Origin: Naegleria gruberi
Taxonomy: Eukaryota
Reading direction: 5' to 3' (one strand)
Assembly (NCBI GenBank): GCA_000004985.1
Contig: GG738891.1
DNA: 64,000 nt
Part shown: positions 1-10,510 of the stretch, in pieces
Layout of the letters: every line of letters starts with the position of its first letter
Numbering within the stretch: position 1 is the stretch's first letter
Made by a program: the position numbers and the translations under genes
Notes under the pieces: model-generated
What the model was told of the DNA's origin: nothing
Database searches by the model: none
Seen by the model: only the letters and a program-made list of their open reading frames with translations

Positions 1-10
1 GAATTTAGAA

Positions 11-1570
11 TTGAGTGAATTGAGAACGAATATCAAACAAACTTTTTGGAATTTTGTGCATGATTTTGAAAAGGATGAAGATAAATCCAAACCAAAAAAC
101 AAGCAATCCAACACTGTTAGGAGTAAGGAAGAACTCCTACTACCAGGATTCAGATTGATGGAACCAAGAGGCAAACAATTTGAACTTTTATTGAGAAATG
201 AATTACAAGAAAAGTCAAATACTCAGATTGTTTCAAAATTCGCCTACTTGAAAAGTATTTTAAAGAGAATTAAAAAGAAATCTAATTCTCCAAAGGTTAC
301 TGTCAATGATCCTTGGACCGTTGTTGAGGATTATGATGCCATTGAACATGTTCAATCAAGTTCGAGTACTCATTCTAACAATCCAGCATCTAGTCAAGAG
401 CTTGCTAAATCTGCCCTCAACTCTATCAAAATATTCATGAAGAGTCTTTTCAGGGATAACAGATTACTGACAGATATTCCACGATTGATTCAAAATGAAA
501 GATTCCACGTCTTGTCCTTCTACAAGAAGATTGAACGAATGTATCTCGAGTCAGATGAAATTTTCAGTCCATATGATGATTCATTTGTTTTCATTGAGGA
601 TGAGAGTGAGAAGGAGGATCCAAACAAGAGATTGTGTGGAAGAATATTTGTAATTTACACTGCTGATATGAGCGATTGTATTTCTAAAAACTACAAGAAG
701 GATGAAGAGGAAAGAGACTATGAGGAGGAGTATCTTTTATTCAAAACTAGACACTTGTACAATTTGTATCAATCTAGATTGAGTGCACTTGTGGTGAGTA
801 GTTGCATTCATGATGATCCACAGGATGAGAATGATTCTACCATGAATCAACAAGTTCTCTCTTGGACTATGAGGGACATGGAGAGAATTTCATTTGAGGC
901 CAATCATGGACAAGGCCCAGATTTTCATTTCCCATCCCTCAATGATCAAGTTTCCCAAATGAAAAGAGACATTAGAAGAAGGTTGAAGAGACAGGAGGCC
1001 ATTGATTTGGGCGAATATTATTTGACCAAACATTCAAATCTGAGTTATGCCAATTGCCTATTCCATATGGTTGCACAATTGGATTCCAAAAAGGAGCATA
1101 ATCTCGACGATTACAACAAGATTCTTCAAGCATACTCAAATATTATAGATGAATGTAGAAATATGGGTATTAGAAATTTATCTATTCAATTACCACTCTC
1201 ACTATCTTACAAACATCCTAAAATTGATGGAAATTTACCAAATGGAGATACTATTATATTGCAAATTAGGGATATTATGAAGATTTATTTAAAGAAACAG
1301 AAAGAATATGGATCATGGTTCCTCCCTAATCTATTCTTCTATTGTCCAAAGAATCCAAAACATTCATCAGGAGATTTCCAATGTCAGTGTCACTATTCCA
1401 TTCTCAAAACATCAGATGATATTTTACATGTTTCAGGTAGTGAAAATTCAGACAATCGCTATGAAGAAAGTCACAATGAGAATGATAATCTTCACAAGTA
1501 CATTGTTGAACCATTCTTCAAATCTTATTTGAATTCCAATATTCAATTACCACCTTCATGGATGCAATAA
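11..1570 (+). CDS. hypothetical protein, 519 aa; the frame is open to the window start so it is probably 5'-partial
   Basis: Long ORF from the track. No in-frame stop lies between position 2 and 11. Coding-like composition but no recognisable domain. Confidence 0.4.
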   Translation: MSELRTNIKQTFWNFVHDFEKDEDKSKPKNKQSNTVRSKEELLLPGFRLMEPRGKQFELLLRNELQEKSNTQIVSKFAYLKSILKRIKKKSNSPKVTVNDPWTVVEDYDAIEHVQSSSSTHSNNPASSQELAKSALNSIKIFMKSLFRDNRLLTDIPRLIQNERFHVLSFYKKIERMYLESDEIFSPYDDSFVFIEDESEKEDPNKRLCGRIFVIYTADMSDCISKNYKKDEEERDYEEEYLLFKTRHLYNLYQSRLSALVVSSCIHDDPQDENDSTMNQQVLSWTMRDMERISFEANHGQGPDFHFPSLNDQVSQMKRDIRRRLKRQEAIDLGEYYLTKHSNLSYANCLFHMVAQLDSKKEHNLDDYNKILQAYSNIIDECRNMGIRNLSIQLPLSLSYKHPKIDGNLPNGDTIILQIRDIMKIYLKKQKEYGSWFLPNLFFYCPKNPKHSSGDFQCQCHYSILKTSDDILHVSGSENSDNRYEESHNENDNLHKYIVEPFFKSYLNSNIQLPPSWMQ

Positions 1571-1663
1571 AACTTGAACAACGTTTGTTCTTAAAATATC
1601 TCATTAACTTTTTCATGTTAAATTGAAAAGTGTGTAAATGTACATTGTGAGTTAATATTTATT

Positions 1664-2728
1664 TTACAAATCATCATTAAATCTATCCAATCCAGCATCT
1701 TGATTTGAATGCATTGATGTAAACATGGATCTAATTGACTTTTTAGGTTTTGCTTGTTTAGAATTAGGATATCTCCATTCAGGATTCGGTTGATAAGTTT
1801 CAAAAGTTCTCAATACTTTTACCAAATGTTGAAAACACTCCTCAACATTCTTTCTAGTTTTTGCCGAAACATAATAAATCGGACATGATAATTTCAATTC
1901 ATTCTTGACAATCATTGAAATTGTCTTTTCTGGAATATGACTCATCAAATCACACTTATTTCCAACAATTACACATGGAAAATCCAAATTATCTAGAGTA
2001 GGACATGGCCTATATTTATCATTCTTTATCGATCTAATTTGCTCAATAAATGGTTGAAGTCTACGAAGTGATTCATCTGCTCGAGAAACATCAAAAACTA
2101 GAATAAATCCATAACATGATTGCATGTAGGATTGTCTTAGTGCCTAGTTTCGAATAGTTTCAATTGAAATAGATATGATTATAATCAGTCCATGAAATAT
2201 TATAATAATTGAGTAATACTATTTCAATATATATAGTTACCTTATAATCATCTGCATTACAATAAATTGTAAATAATTAGGATCATTATTATATTCGAAA
2301 GTATACTTACCTTGTCCGGCAGTATCAATAATTTCCATTTCCAAACTCAAATCATCATATTGTCTCTTTACATAAAAACTCGTTTCAATAGTTGGATCAT
2401 ACAACTATTAAATATTTAAATATTATTACAAAAATATTACAAAATATTGTAATTGGTAATATTGTTATATTCGAAAGTGATTATTTGAAAAGAAACCTAC
2501 ATCCTCTCCTTCAAATTTATTTTGTGTATACTGGATAGTCTTTTTTTCCGAAATACGTTTATTTCCACAACTTTCGAATAATTTATTGAACCTACCACCG
2601 ATGTTTTTCCAACTCCACCATCTCCAACCTAATTGTTATTATTATTCAGAATATATTTGATGATGAAAAATTAAAACACGTACGATGGCGACTTGGTAAA
2701 AATTTACATTGTCTTTGGTTTTTGGCAT
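1664..2728 (-). CDS. Ras-family small GTPase of about 233 aa, 6 exons, no C-terminal CAAX motif
   Basis: Exons on the minus strand: 2684..2728 (MPKTKDNVNFYQVAI), 2596..2628 (VGDGGVGKTSV), 2501..2539 (TIQYTQNKFEGED), 2311..2404 (LYDPTIETSF...IIDTAGQ), an 11-nt microexon 2241..2251 (DDYK), and 1664..2143 (ALRQSYMQSCYGFILVF...VGNKCDL...). Donors are GTACGT, GTAGGT, GTAGGT, GTAAGT and GTAACT. The P-loop GxxxxGKT, the Ras signature YDPTIE and the DTAGQ and NKCD motifs are all present. Confidence 0.75.
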
Positions 2729-3669
2729 TTTTTTTATAGTTTGGCAGATGACATGTTAAAAAGGAACGCGATTATGGCAACCAAAATAATCAGAATGGGA
2801 AGGTTCATCATATTGTAGTTAATTTTTCGTGATATTATATTGTACTTGTTTACAATAATACTATTTAATGTTATTGTAAACTATTGAATTGTGCGCGGGA
2901 GATGACCTTTCAATGGAAAGAATCTTATTTTGATTGATTAGAACTTCAATAGTTTTGTAGATCGTACACGTGTCTTGAAGTGAGGAGGTAGGTGTAGAAA
3001 CATTCAAATTGATTAGAAAGATATTCAGCTCAAAAAAAGACTTTGAGTTTCTGAATTGGCTATTTTTGAAAATTAATGAAAAACTGGTCATGTAGCTAAG
3101 GAGGAAAGCTTTAATCTTCAATGGAGCCCTGTTCATCAAGTAATCAAGTCATTTACATACAATGAAACTTCACTTTCTGATAGAAATTCGAAACTAGCTC
3201 AGTGATTGACTCTAGTTGTGTAGTCGTTATATCTCCATCAGTTCCATCAGTTATGGAACTTTTCAAAGCTGTCATTAATAGTACATCTCTTGCAACATGA
3301 ATTACAATGGTTCACTAAAAAGTTGAAATCATTTTACAATGACTATCTTTTGGCTTTTTTCTTTGAACAGTTCAACAATTTACAAACTTTTTCACAACTA
3401 CCAACACAGGTTGCCACATCAATTGATTCGGAATTCCAATTATTATTAATTTCACTACTTTCCAACTAACATTTCGCAATAGCAATAGGGCTAATTACCT
3501 GCGAGCTGTATTAACAAACACATCGTAGAATCGTACTTGATAGAGATTGTCCTCACCACATCGACTCTCACTTGACCACCAGATGAATTTGAATGATGAA
3601 ATGAGCATTGCTGCCTTGCACTTAATATCCATTATCGATAGTTGAAAGTAGTTGAAACGCTGTTGCTTA

Positions 3670-3805
3670 TTCTTCGCGCACTTGGAGCACTTGCGGTATA
3701 GCATCTAAGTGCGCCACTGCTTTCTGCTCAAGAGAGAATCTCCTAGTGCTGCAGCAAGGACGATGTTCGGCAATTTTTTTCCAAACTTAAGTGCGCCAAA
3801 GTCTT
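3670..3805. promoter_or_regulatory. cluster of GC-rich AAGTGCGC(C) motifs in the divergent Ras / ABC-transporter promoter region
   Basis: GCGCACTTGGAGCACTTGCGG, CTAAGTGCGCCACTGC and CTTAAGTGCGCCAAAG lie within 140 bp, 115-250 bp upstream of the ABC start codon. A TATA-like CTATATAAT sits at 3871..3879. Confidence 0.25.
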
Positions 3806-3918
3806 TCTCGAAAATAGATTCAAACAGAAAAAAAAAACAACGCCACATTTGTGTTGATATTATCTCATCTATATAATTGCTACTAGTTATTAGATAACAC
3901 CAAGAATAGAGAGAGAAA

Positions 3919-6059
3919 ATGGCTAGTGAAGTGAATATGTTGAGTGGCACATCGGTCGATTTGAATGATGAAAAGCCTTCGGATCACAAAGTACACGTAG
4001 AACCAGCACCACCACAGGCACAATCCCGAAATCCTTTCAAAAGACTTAAACAACGAAAAGAGAAGGCTAATTTGAAACATAATAGTGAAGAAATACCAGA
4101 TCCTAGGGACCCTAAAATTGGTTTTAAAGACCAAATGGTTCTATTCAAAATGTTTGGAGCAGCAAATTGGTTTTTAATCTTTTTGGGTAGTATTGGTGCT
4201 ATGGGGTAAGTAGTTTATAATGATATGATGATTCTAATGTATTTAGTGCTGGTGTTATTCCATTGACTTTCCAATTTGTTTTGGGAGATTTATTGAATTC
4301 TTTGGCTACTGCTTTTGCAGATCCTAATGCTTTGAGAGATAGTGTTAATACAATTGCTGCTAAATTTGCAGGTATTGCATTGGGTGCTTTGATTGCGAAT
4401 TTCATGATGCAATTCTTTTTGAACTGGGCTTCCGAACGTATTGCTGTTGCTTTAAGAGAAGGATATTTCAATGCTCTTACAGCTCAAGAAATGGCCTTTT
4501 TTGATATTAAGAAAGTTGGTACTCTTACTGTAGCACTCAGTGAGGATGTTGCCAAAATTCAAGATACTTATACTTTAAAGTTTGCCACATTTTTACAACA
4601 AATGACACAATCCGTAGTTGGTATTGTTCTTGCCTTTGTCAGTAGTTGGCAAATGAGTTTAGTCATGATTTCAACTTCACCATTGATGGTTGTGTTTGTT
4701 GGTGGTTTGTCACAAATGATTAAGTGGTTGACCAAAAAAACAAACGATGCCAATGAACACTCTGCTGCCATTGCTACAGAAATTATTTCTTCAATGAGAA
4801 CTGTTAGAAGTATGGCTGGTGAAATTAAAGAACAAAATAGATTTAAGGAAGATTTGAAGAAGGTTGGATTATTCGGTTTTTGGAAAGCAATGTTCCAAGG
4901 TTTAACATTTGGTTCAATTACCTTCATTCTTTGGGGTACTGTTGCTTTGGCATTTTGGGTAAGTAGTAGTATGCATTTATTTAATGATAACTGTTTATTA
5001 TTAGTATGGTGGTGGTTTGACTGTTGATAAAACTATCACTCTTGGTGATATGTTTAAGGTATTCGGTCTTATGCTTATGGGTGTTCTCGGTCTCTCCCAA
5101 GCAGGTACCTTCTTCCCAGATTTGAGTAAGGCAAGAATGAGTCAAGTTACTCTTTTGAAAGTTATTAGAAGAAGTCCAGAAATTCCATTCAAGGGTGGAA
5201 AGACTTTGGAAAATATTTCTGGTAATATTTCTATTAGAAATGTCGATTTTATCTATCCTTCTCGTCCAAATATTACTGTTTTGAAGAACTTCTCCCTTGA
5301 AATTACACCAGGTCAATCCGTAGCTCTTGTTGGTCCTTCAGGTTCTGGTAAATCAACCATTGTTGGTCTTGTTGAAAGATTTTACAATGCAAACTCTGGT
5401 CAAATCTACATTGATGGTGTTGATATTACTGAACTCGATCCAATGTGGCTTCACAGAAAGATTGGTATTGTTACTCAAGAACCAGTGCGTAAGTATCTTT
5501 TGTTTTTATGCAATTAACAATTTGGAAAATAGTTTTTGCTTGTAGTATTAGAGATAACATTGCCTATGCTGTTGGTGCCGAAAATGTTACACAAGAACAA
5601 ATTGAAGATGCTGCTAAAGCTGCCAACTGTCACAATTTCATTGTTGATCTCCCAGAAGGTTATAACACAATGTTAGGTGAAAAGGGTGTTTCATTATCAG
5701 GTGGTCAAAAGCAAAGAATTGCTATTGCTCGTGCCTTGTTGCAAAATCCATCTGTTCTTTTATTGGATGAAGCTACATCTGCATTGGATACTGAATCAGA
5801 AGCTCTCGTTCAAGCTGCTTTGGACCATTTAATGAAAGGACGTACTTCAATTTGTATTGCCCACAGACTTTCAACAGTTAAGAACTCTGACACCATTTGT
5901 GTTTTGGCTAAGGGTGTTTTGGTTGAAAAGGGTAAACATGAAGAATTGTTACAAATTGAAAATGGTGTTTACAAAAAGTTAGCTGAAAAGCAAATGATGT
6001 TTGGTAAATCAGAGAGTAAGATTGATTTGGAAGCAGTTATGGATATTATTGAAGAGTAA
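3919..6059 (+). CDS. ABC transporter B-family half-transporter (TMD-NBD), about 669 aa, 4 exons
   Basis: Exons 3919..4205, 4247..4958, 5005..5488 and 5533..6059, with GTAAGT donors and introns of 41, 46 and 44 nt. The transmembrane domain has 6 helices. The nucleotide-binding domain carries Walker [11 protein letters not shown]-loop QEPVLF, signature LSGGQKQR and Walker [12 protein letters not shown]. Confidence 0.85.
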
Positions 6060-6279
6060 ACAATTTTGATAGAGAACGATTGTAAATAAATATTACGAGT
6101 TATTTAATTCTTTTACAAACTCTGAAAATATTCCCATATTGAATGAACATGCAAATTGTGATTCATTTTATTCCACTGCCGTATTATAATATTGAAGACT
6201 ATTGTAAAAATAGCATTTACAATATACTACGTATTTCAAATACGCATTTGCTGGATTATGAAAATATTATTAAAAAAAA

Positions 6280-7458
6280 ATGTCATCACTCAATCATGAA
6301 CAACGATTTTCCCGAATTGAAAAATTATTCAAAAACTTAGCCTCTACCCACAATCCTTCCGGAGAAGAATCCAATCTCATGCTCGAGATTAAATCCTTTC
6401 TACTCGATCACCAATTGATTGACAATTCAAATAGTTGTCATGATAATTTCCTCCTCTTTGATACTCAAATTGGAATGATATTCAAATGTAGTACTTTCAA
6501 TGATGAGAATCAAAATTTCATTTCGGATGAAAATTCACCATCGATTTGTTTATTTGCTCATCTTGATAGTGATCACATTGAATTGGAACAAGAAAAATTG
6601 AAACAATTAATTTGGAGAAGAGATGAAAATCTTCTTTACTATTCAAATAATGAAGAAATTGTTGAGGTTGGACTTGATGATAAGAGTGGAATTTGTGTCA
6701 TTTTGGAAACCTTGTTGAGATTGAAAGAAATGAAGGGTATTAGAGTGAATGTTTATGTTTGTTTTTCAGTACAGGAAGAAACTGGACAGAAAGGAGTTAT
6801 GAGAATGGATCATTTGATGTTTAAATCAATGGTTGAGGATGGAGGAGTGGGTTGTGGAATTGCTGTTGATAGAATGACATATTATCATCCAGAAAATAAG
6901 AGACATTTAGTGGACGAATATTGCCGAATTCCATTGATACCCAACGATCAAAAAGACTCTTTCATGAATCAATTTAATAAGAGCAGTCAATTGGTGGAGG
7001 GATGCGACATTGATTTCATCCCAAGTGAAAATTGCAGTGATCTATTGGAATATAAAATCAAATTGGATTGTGAAATTATTGCACCAGAAATGTTAGAATC
7101 CTTAAACGCTCACGATGTTAAATTATTCGAAAAACTTTCAACTCTCTTAGAGAAATATGAAAATATCACGAGTGAAATTAAGAAAATTATGAATAACATT
7201 TCAGCAACGAGTAGAGTGAGTGGATTTAAAAGTCATCCAAGATTTACCAGATATCAACTGGCACATCAAATTAATTCATTGATTTACTCTGACAAGGTAT
7301 TGAAATTTTACAATGAAACATCATTGAAAAAGTATTTAAATGTTTCTTTTGTAAATTTGAGTTTGGATTATGATGACAGTTGTGGATTTGTTTCTTTGAA
7401 AGAATTGGATAATACAGCTGAAATTTTATTTGATTTTATTAGAAATTATCACCTTTAA
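6280..7458 (+). CDS. M42-family (TET/FrvX-like) aminopeptidase homolog, 392 aa. This is a prokaryote-type family.
   Basis: Single exon. Motifs AHLDSDH, LDDKSGI and SVQEETGQKGV match the M42 metal-binding motifs AHMDEIG, LDDRAG and VQEEVGxRGA. Confidence 0.5.
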   Translation: MSSLNHEQRFSRIEKLFKNLASTHNPSGEESNLMLEIKSFLLDHQLIDNSNSCHDNFLLFDTQIGMIFKCSTFNDENQNFISDENSPSICLFAHLDSDHIELEQEKLKQLIWRRDENLLYYSNNEEIVEVGLDDKSGICVILETLLRLKEMKGIRVNVYVCFSVQEETGQKGVMRMDHLMFKSMVEDGGVGCGIAVDRMTYYHPENKRHLVDEYCRIPLIPNDQKDSFMNQFNKSSQLVEGCDIDFIPSENCSDLLEYKIKLDCEIIAPEMLESLNAHDVKLFEKLSTLLEKYENITSEIKKIMNNISATSRVSGFKSHPRFTRYQLAHQINSLIYSDKVLKFYNETSLKKYLNVSFVNLSLDYDDSCGFVSLKELDNTAEILFDFIRNYHL

Positions 7459-7662
7459 AATTATTAATAAATTGATAGAATGCAAAACAATCCATTTATC
7501 ATTGTAATTTGAATACTAGTGCCATCTTCCTTGTGTTCATCAGGTATCCTTGATACATGATCTAAGACAATATTCTGAATTCTCAAATTGATAACTTACT
7601 GATCAGCCATCTTCATGATAAAATCTTTATTGATGGTTTTGAAACAACTTATTTTAAATAGC

Positions 7663-9558
7663 TCACTTGTATGAAATTTCTTTCATATCAAAGCTAGTAT
7701 TGATAAAGTCAATGATGTTCTTCTGAGTGTTTGTAATCAAGTGAGATTTACCTTGCATTGTGGTAATTCTAGATCTAAAGTCTCGTTCATCGAGTGATAA
7801 GTTCAGAATGGCATCTAAATTTAACAATAAATCAGAAGTATAGTCTTCCAAACGAGATAGATGGTCATTAAATAAATAACCATAGGTCTCTAACATTAAA
7901 AATTCCTTCTCTGACTTTTTGGTTGTGTTAAATTTGATTTTGAGTGTGTCAAATCCGAAATGAATGTAAGCAAATGCATAACATGAACGTAAGAGTCTTC
8001 TACATCTGTAGATATTTCTGAAAGAGTCGAGAAGGAATTTGAGATCCTTGGTTGGTCTAATATGGAAAAACTTTTCCTTATAATTTGCAATTTCGAGTCG
8101 ATAGTGACCTGTTCGTTTATGTTCCTCCAACCATTGATTGTGTCTTCTGTATAATGAGACGAATCTTCCATAAAGTTCTTCTGCTGCAGAGAATAATTTA
8201 ATATCTTCAGATGTTTTCACTGTCTTTGGAGCACAAACTGTTTCAGCATGAACGTAGGATGTATACTCTGAACCACACTATCGATGAAGAATCAAAACTA
8301 AACTCTCTTTGATGATGATACTTACAATATAACAAAATTCATGTCCACAAACACAATTAATGTGATTACATCCAACATCCTTAAATATAATTCTTTTACA
8401 CTTGTTACATTGTTGACTTGTTCTGTGAATAAACTCTTTCGATGCAAAATCATCCTGAGCAATAGTCAAGAATCTCTTATACACATCACATGAGCATGGG
8501 AAGTGAGGATCCTTATCACATTGGAAGCAACACTCTTCACCACACTTGCATTGAGCAATGTACAAACTTTCATCACATAGTTTCTTGATTGCATAGGGAC
8601 CATCACAGCCTGGATTAGGACACCACTTTAGTCTGTAACTTGAACCCACATATGAATCAATCTTTCTCTGGAAAAACTTTTCAAATAATTCCTTATCTTC
8701 CTTTGGATCCAATTGTGACAACATAAATGTCTCAGTAAGTGTAGTCTTACATGAATAGTCCATACACTTTACAGTATTATCATTCATTGCTGTTTTGACA
8801 TGATTGACAATATATTCCTTCCAACAAGTTCTACAGAAAACATGTCCACACATATCATATGCGTACAATGGAACATCATCTGAATAACAAGCATCACATG
8901 TGCCAATTGTTGAAGATGAACATGATTTTTTGAAATCTGGATTGAGTCCACACTTGGTTAATAAAGCATCCAATCCCAAATCACCATAATCTCTAATTAA
9001 TTTCTCTGTATTCCACTGATATTCCTTCAACATACATTCCACAAATACTTTACTCTTCAATTGAAGAGTTTCAGCTGCTGTCTTTACTTCTGCCTCTTGA
9101 TCTTGCAATAATTCCTTTGTATCAAGTACCTTGTACAATTCTCCTTTTGTTTTAAATTCCCTCGTCTTGACAACTTCTACAAAGGCAGATTCGTCCACTT
9201 GTTCACCAATATCATCATCAAAGTAATGTTCTTCTCCTACTATATCATCTTCATTGTATTCAATTTCCTCCTCCTCTTCATAATTTTCCTCTTCATGATC
9301 ATGATGATCACAACCACATTCCGGCGTCTCGTGCTCTTCTTCCTTCTCTTCATCATCAATTGAAGCTTCCAATAAATCACCATTCTCCTCACACATCTGA
9401 ATGACAGTCTCTATGGCAAGAGCCTCATCTAAATTACAATCCAAAACCACTTGATGGAGTGTTTGGAGGCTAATACTGGGAAAGAGTTCGTTCAATGAGA
9501 GAACGATTGCTTTTATTTTTTCCTTTCGTTTGTCCTTCTCGGATTGTTGTTGACTCAT
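7663..9558 (-). CDS. RBR (RING-IBR-RING) E3 ubiquitin ligase, ariadne-like, about 615 aa, 2 exons
   Basis: Exons 8326..9558 and 7663..8277 with a 48-nt GTAAGT...TAG intron. The splice joins EFCYI to CGSEYTSY. It has an N-terminal UBA/CUE-like helix, an acidic tract, a cysteine-rich RING1-IBR-RING2 region (CGHVFCRTCW...CGHEFCYIC) and a C-terminal ariadne-type domain. Confidence 0.75.
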
Positions 9559-9754
9559 TTTTTTATTTTGTTGATTTCTACGCTGTTTGTTTTCGAAATT
9601 GAAGTTGAGATGCTGAAAGTTCTTTGATAATGAAAAACAAACAAGAGTACTAAGTTACAAAAAAGGAAAACTTAAAAGGAAAGGGGACCAGTGGGAATCG
9701 AACCCACGGCCTCTCGCACCCAAAGCGAGAATCATACCACTAATTTTTATGAAA

Positions 9755-9815
9755 GGGATTTGTGAAGAAGGGATCTGTGAGGAAGGGATCCGTTACAAAA
9801 GGGATTCATTGAGAA
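9755..9815. repeat. Short-tandem-repeat array A, 4 copies of a 15-16 bp GGGATYYRTKNNRRAA unit, at one terminus of the insertion
   Basis: GGGATTTGTGAAGAA GGGATCTGTGAGGAA GGGATCCGTTACAAAA GGGATTCATTGAGAA, read directly from the sequence. Confidence 0.8.
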
Positions 9816-10247
9816 TGTGTTAGTTACTTTCGAATATTTAATTGAAATTTGATCTATATTAAAAAAAATTGCGGAAGGGGTAGTCTCTTTTTTGAAATTA
9901 ATAAAAATATACAATTTTGAAAATTAAAAATCAAGTTTTTTTATTGTTATTTGATGTTTGATTATTTTCTGTAAATTGATTAATTTCACATTTTCTATTA
10001 TGACAATAATGTGAATAATTAACACTTTTTGATGGTTTGTAATTTTGATTCATTTTCTTTTTTAAAATTTAATCTCATTCTAATTTTTAAAAATGTAATT
10101 GTTCATATTATTAAAATGTTATTTTTCTATTTACAATAAATTATTCTATCTCTCTTGAATATTTTTAATAATTGTAAATTTTCTAAAAAAAGGAAATAGA
10201 TAATATTCAATTAAATCCCTTCTAATTTTAAATTTTTTTTTGAGAAA

Positions 10248-10327
10248 GGGATTTGTGAGGAAGGGATTCATTGCAAAAGGGATCCGTTCTGAAAGGGATT
10301 CATTGAAAAATGGATTCATTATGGATG
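10248..10327. repeat. Short-tandem-repeat array B, 5 copies of the same unit, internal to the insertion
   Basis: GGGATTTGTGAGGAA GGGATTCATTGCAAAA GGGATCCGTTCTGAAA GGGATTCATTGAAAAA TGGATTCATTATGGATG. Confidence 0.8.
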
Positions 10328-10406
10328 TGATAGTTTCAAATTTTAATTAATAATATAAAATTAACACAATATTTATTCTATTTATATACATTTCTTTTTT
10401 TGGTAA

Positions 10407-10510
10407 TGGATTTCATTGCAAAAGGGATCCGTTAAAGAAGGGATTCATTACAGAAGGGATCTGTTACAAAAGGGATTCATTGTAAACGTGTTTCATTGAG
10501 AAAGTGTTTC
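10407..10510. repeat. Short-tandem-repeat array C, about 6 copies, at the other terminus of the insertion
   Basis: TGGATTTCATTGCAAAA GGGATCCGTTAAAGAA GGGATTCATTACAGAA GGGATCTGTTACAAAA GGGATTCATTGTAAAC GTGTTTCATTGAGAAA. It ends at the duplication junction. Confidence 0.8.

Larger units (their letters stand above)
9743..10510. mobile_element. 768-bp non-coding insertion flanked by perfect 8-bp target-site duplications (TACCACTA at 9735..9742 and 10511..10518). It is a candidate non-autonomous transposable element.
   Basis: The direct duplication of the tRNA D-loop octamer lies exactly at both junctions. The insert is AT-rich, has no ORF, and ends ATAAAAAT next to one duplication. It carries three direct arrays of a 15-16 bp unit. 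Confidence 0.55.

Noticed and set aside
2861-3950. Small ORFs (2861..3139, 3495..3704, 3705..3950) in the Ras / ABC divergent promoter
   Set aside because: They are short, lack conserved domains and overlap the GC-motif regulatory cluster. They are more likely non-coding promoter or 5'UTR sequence.
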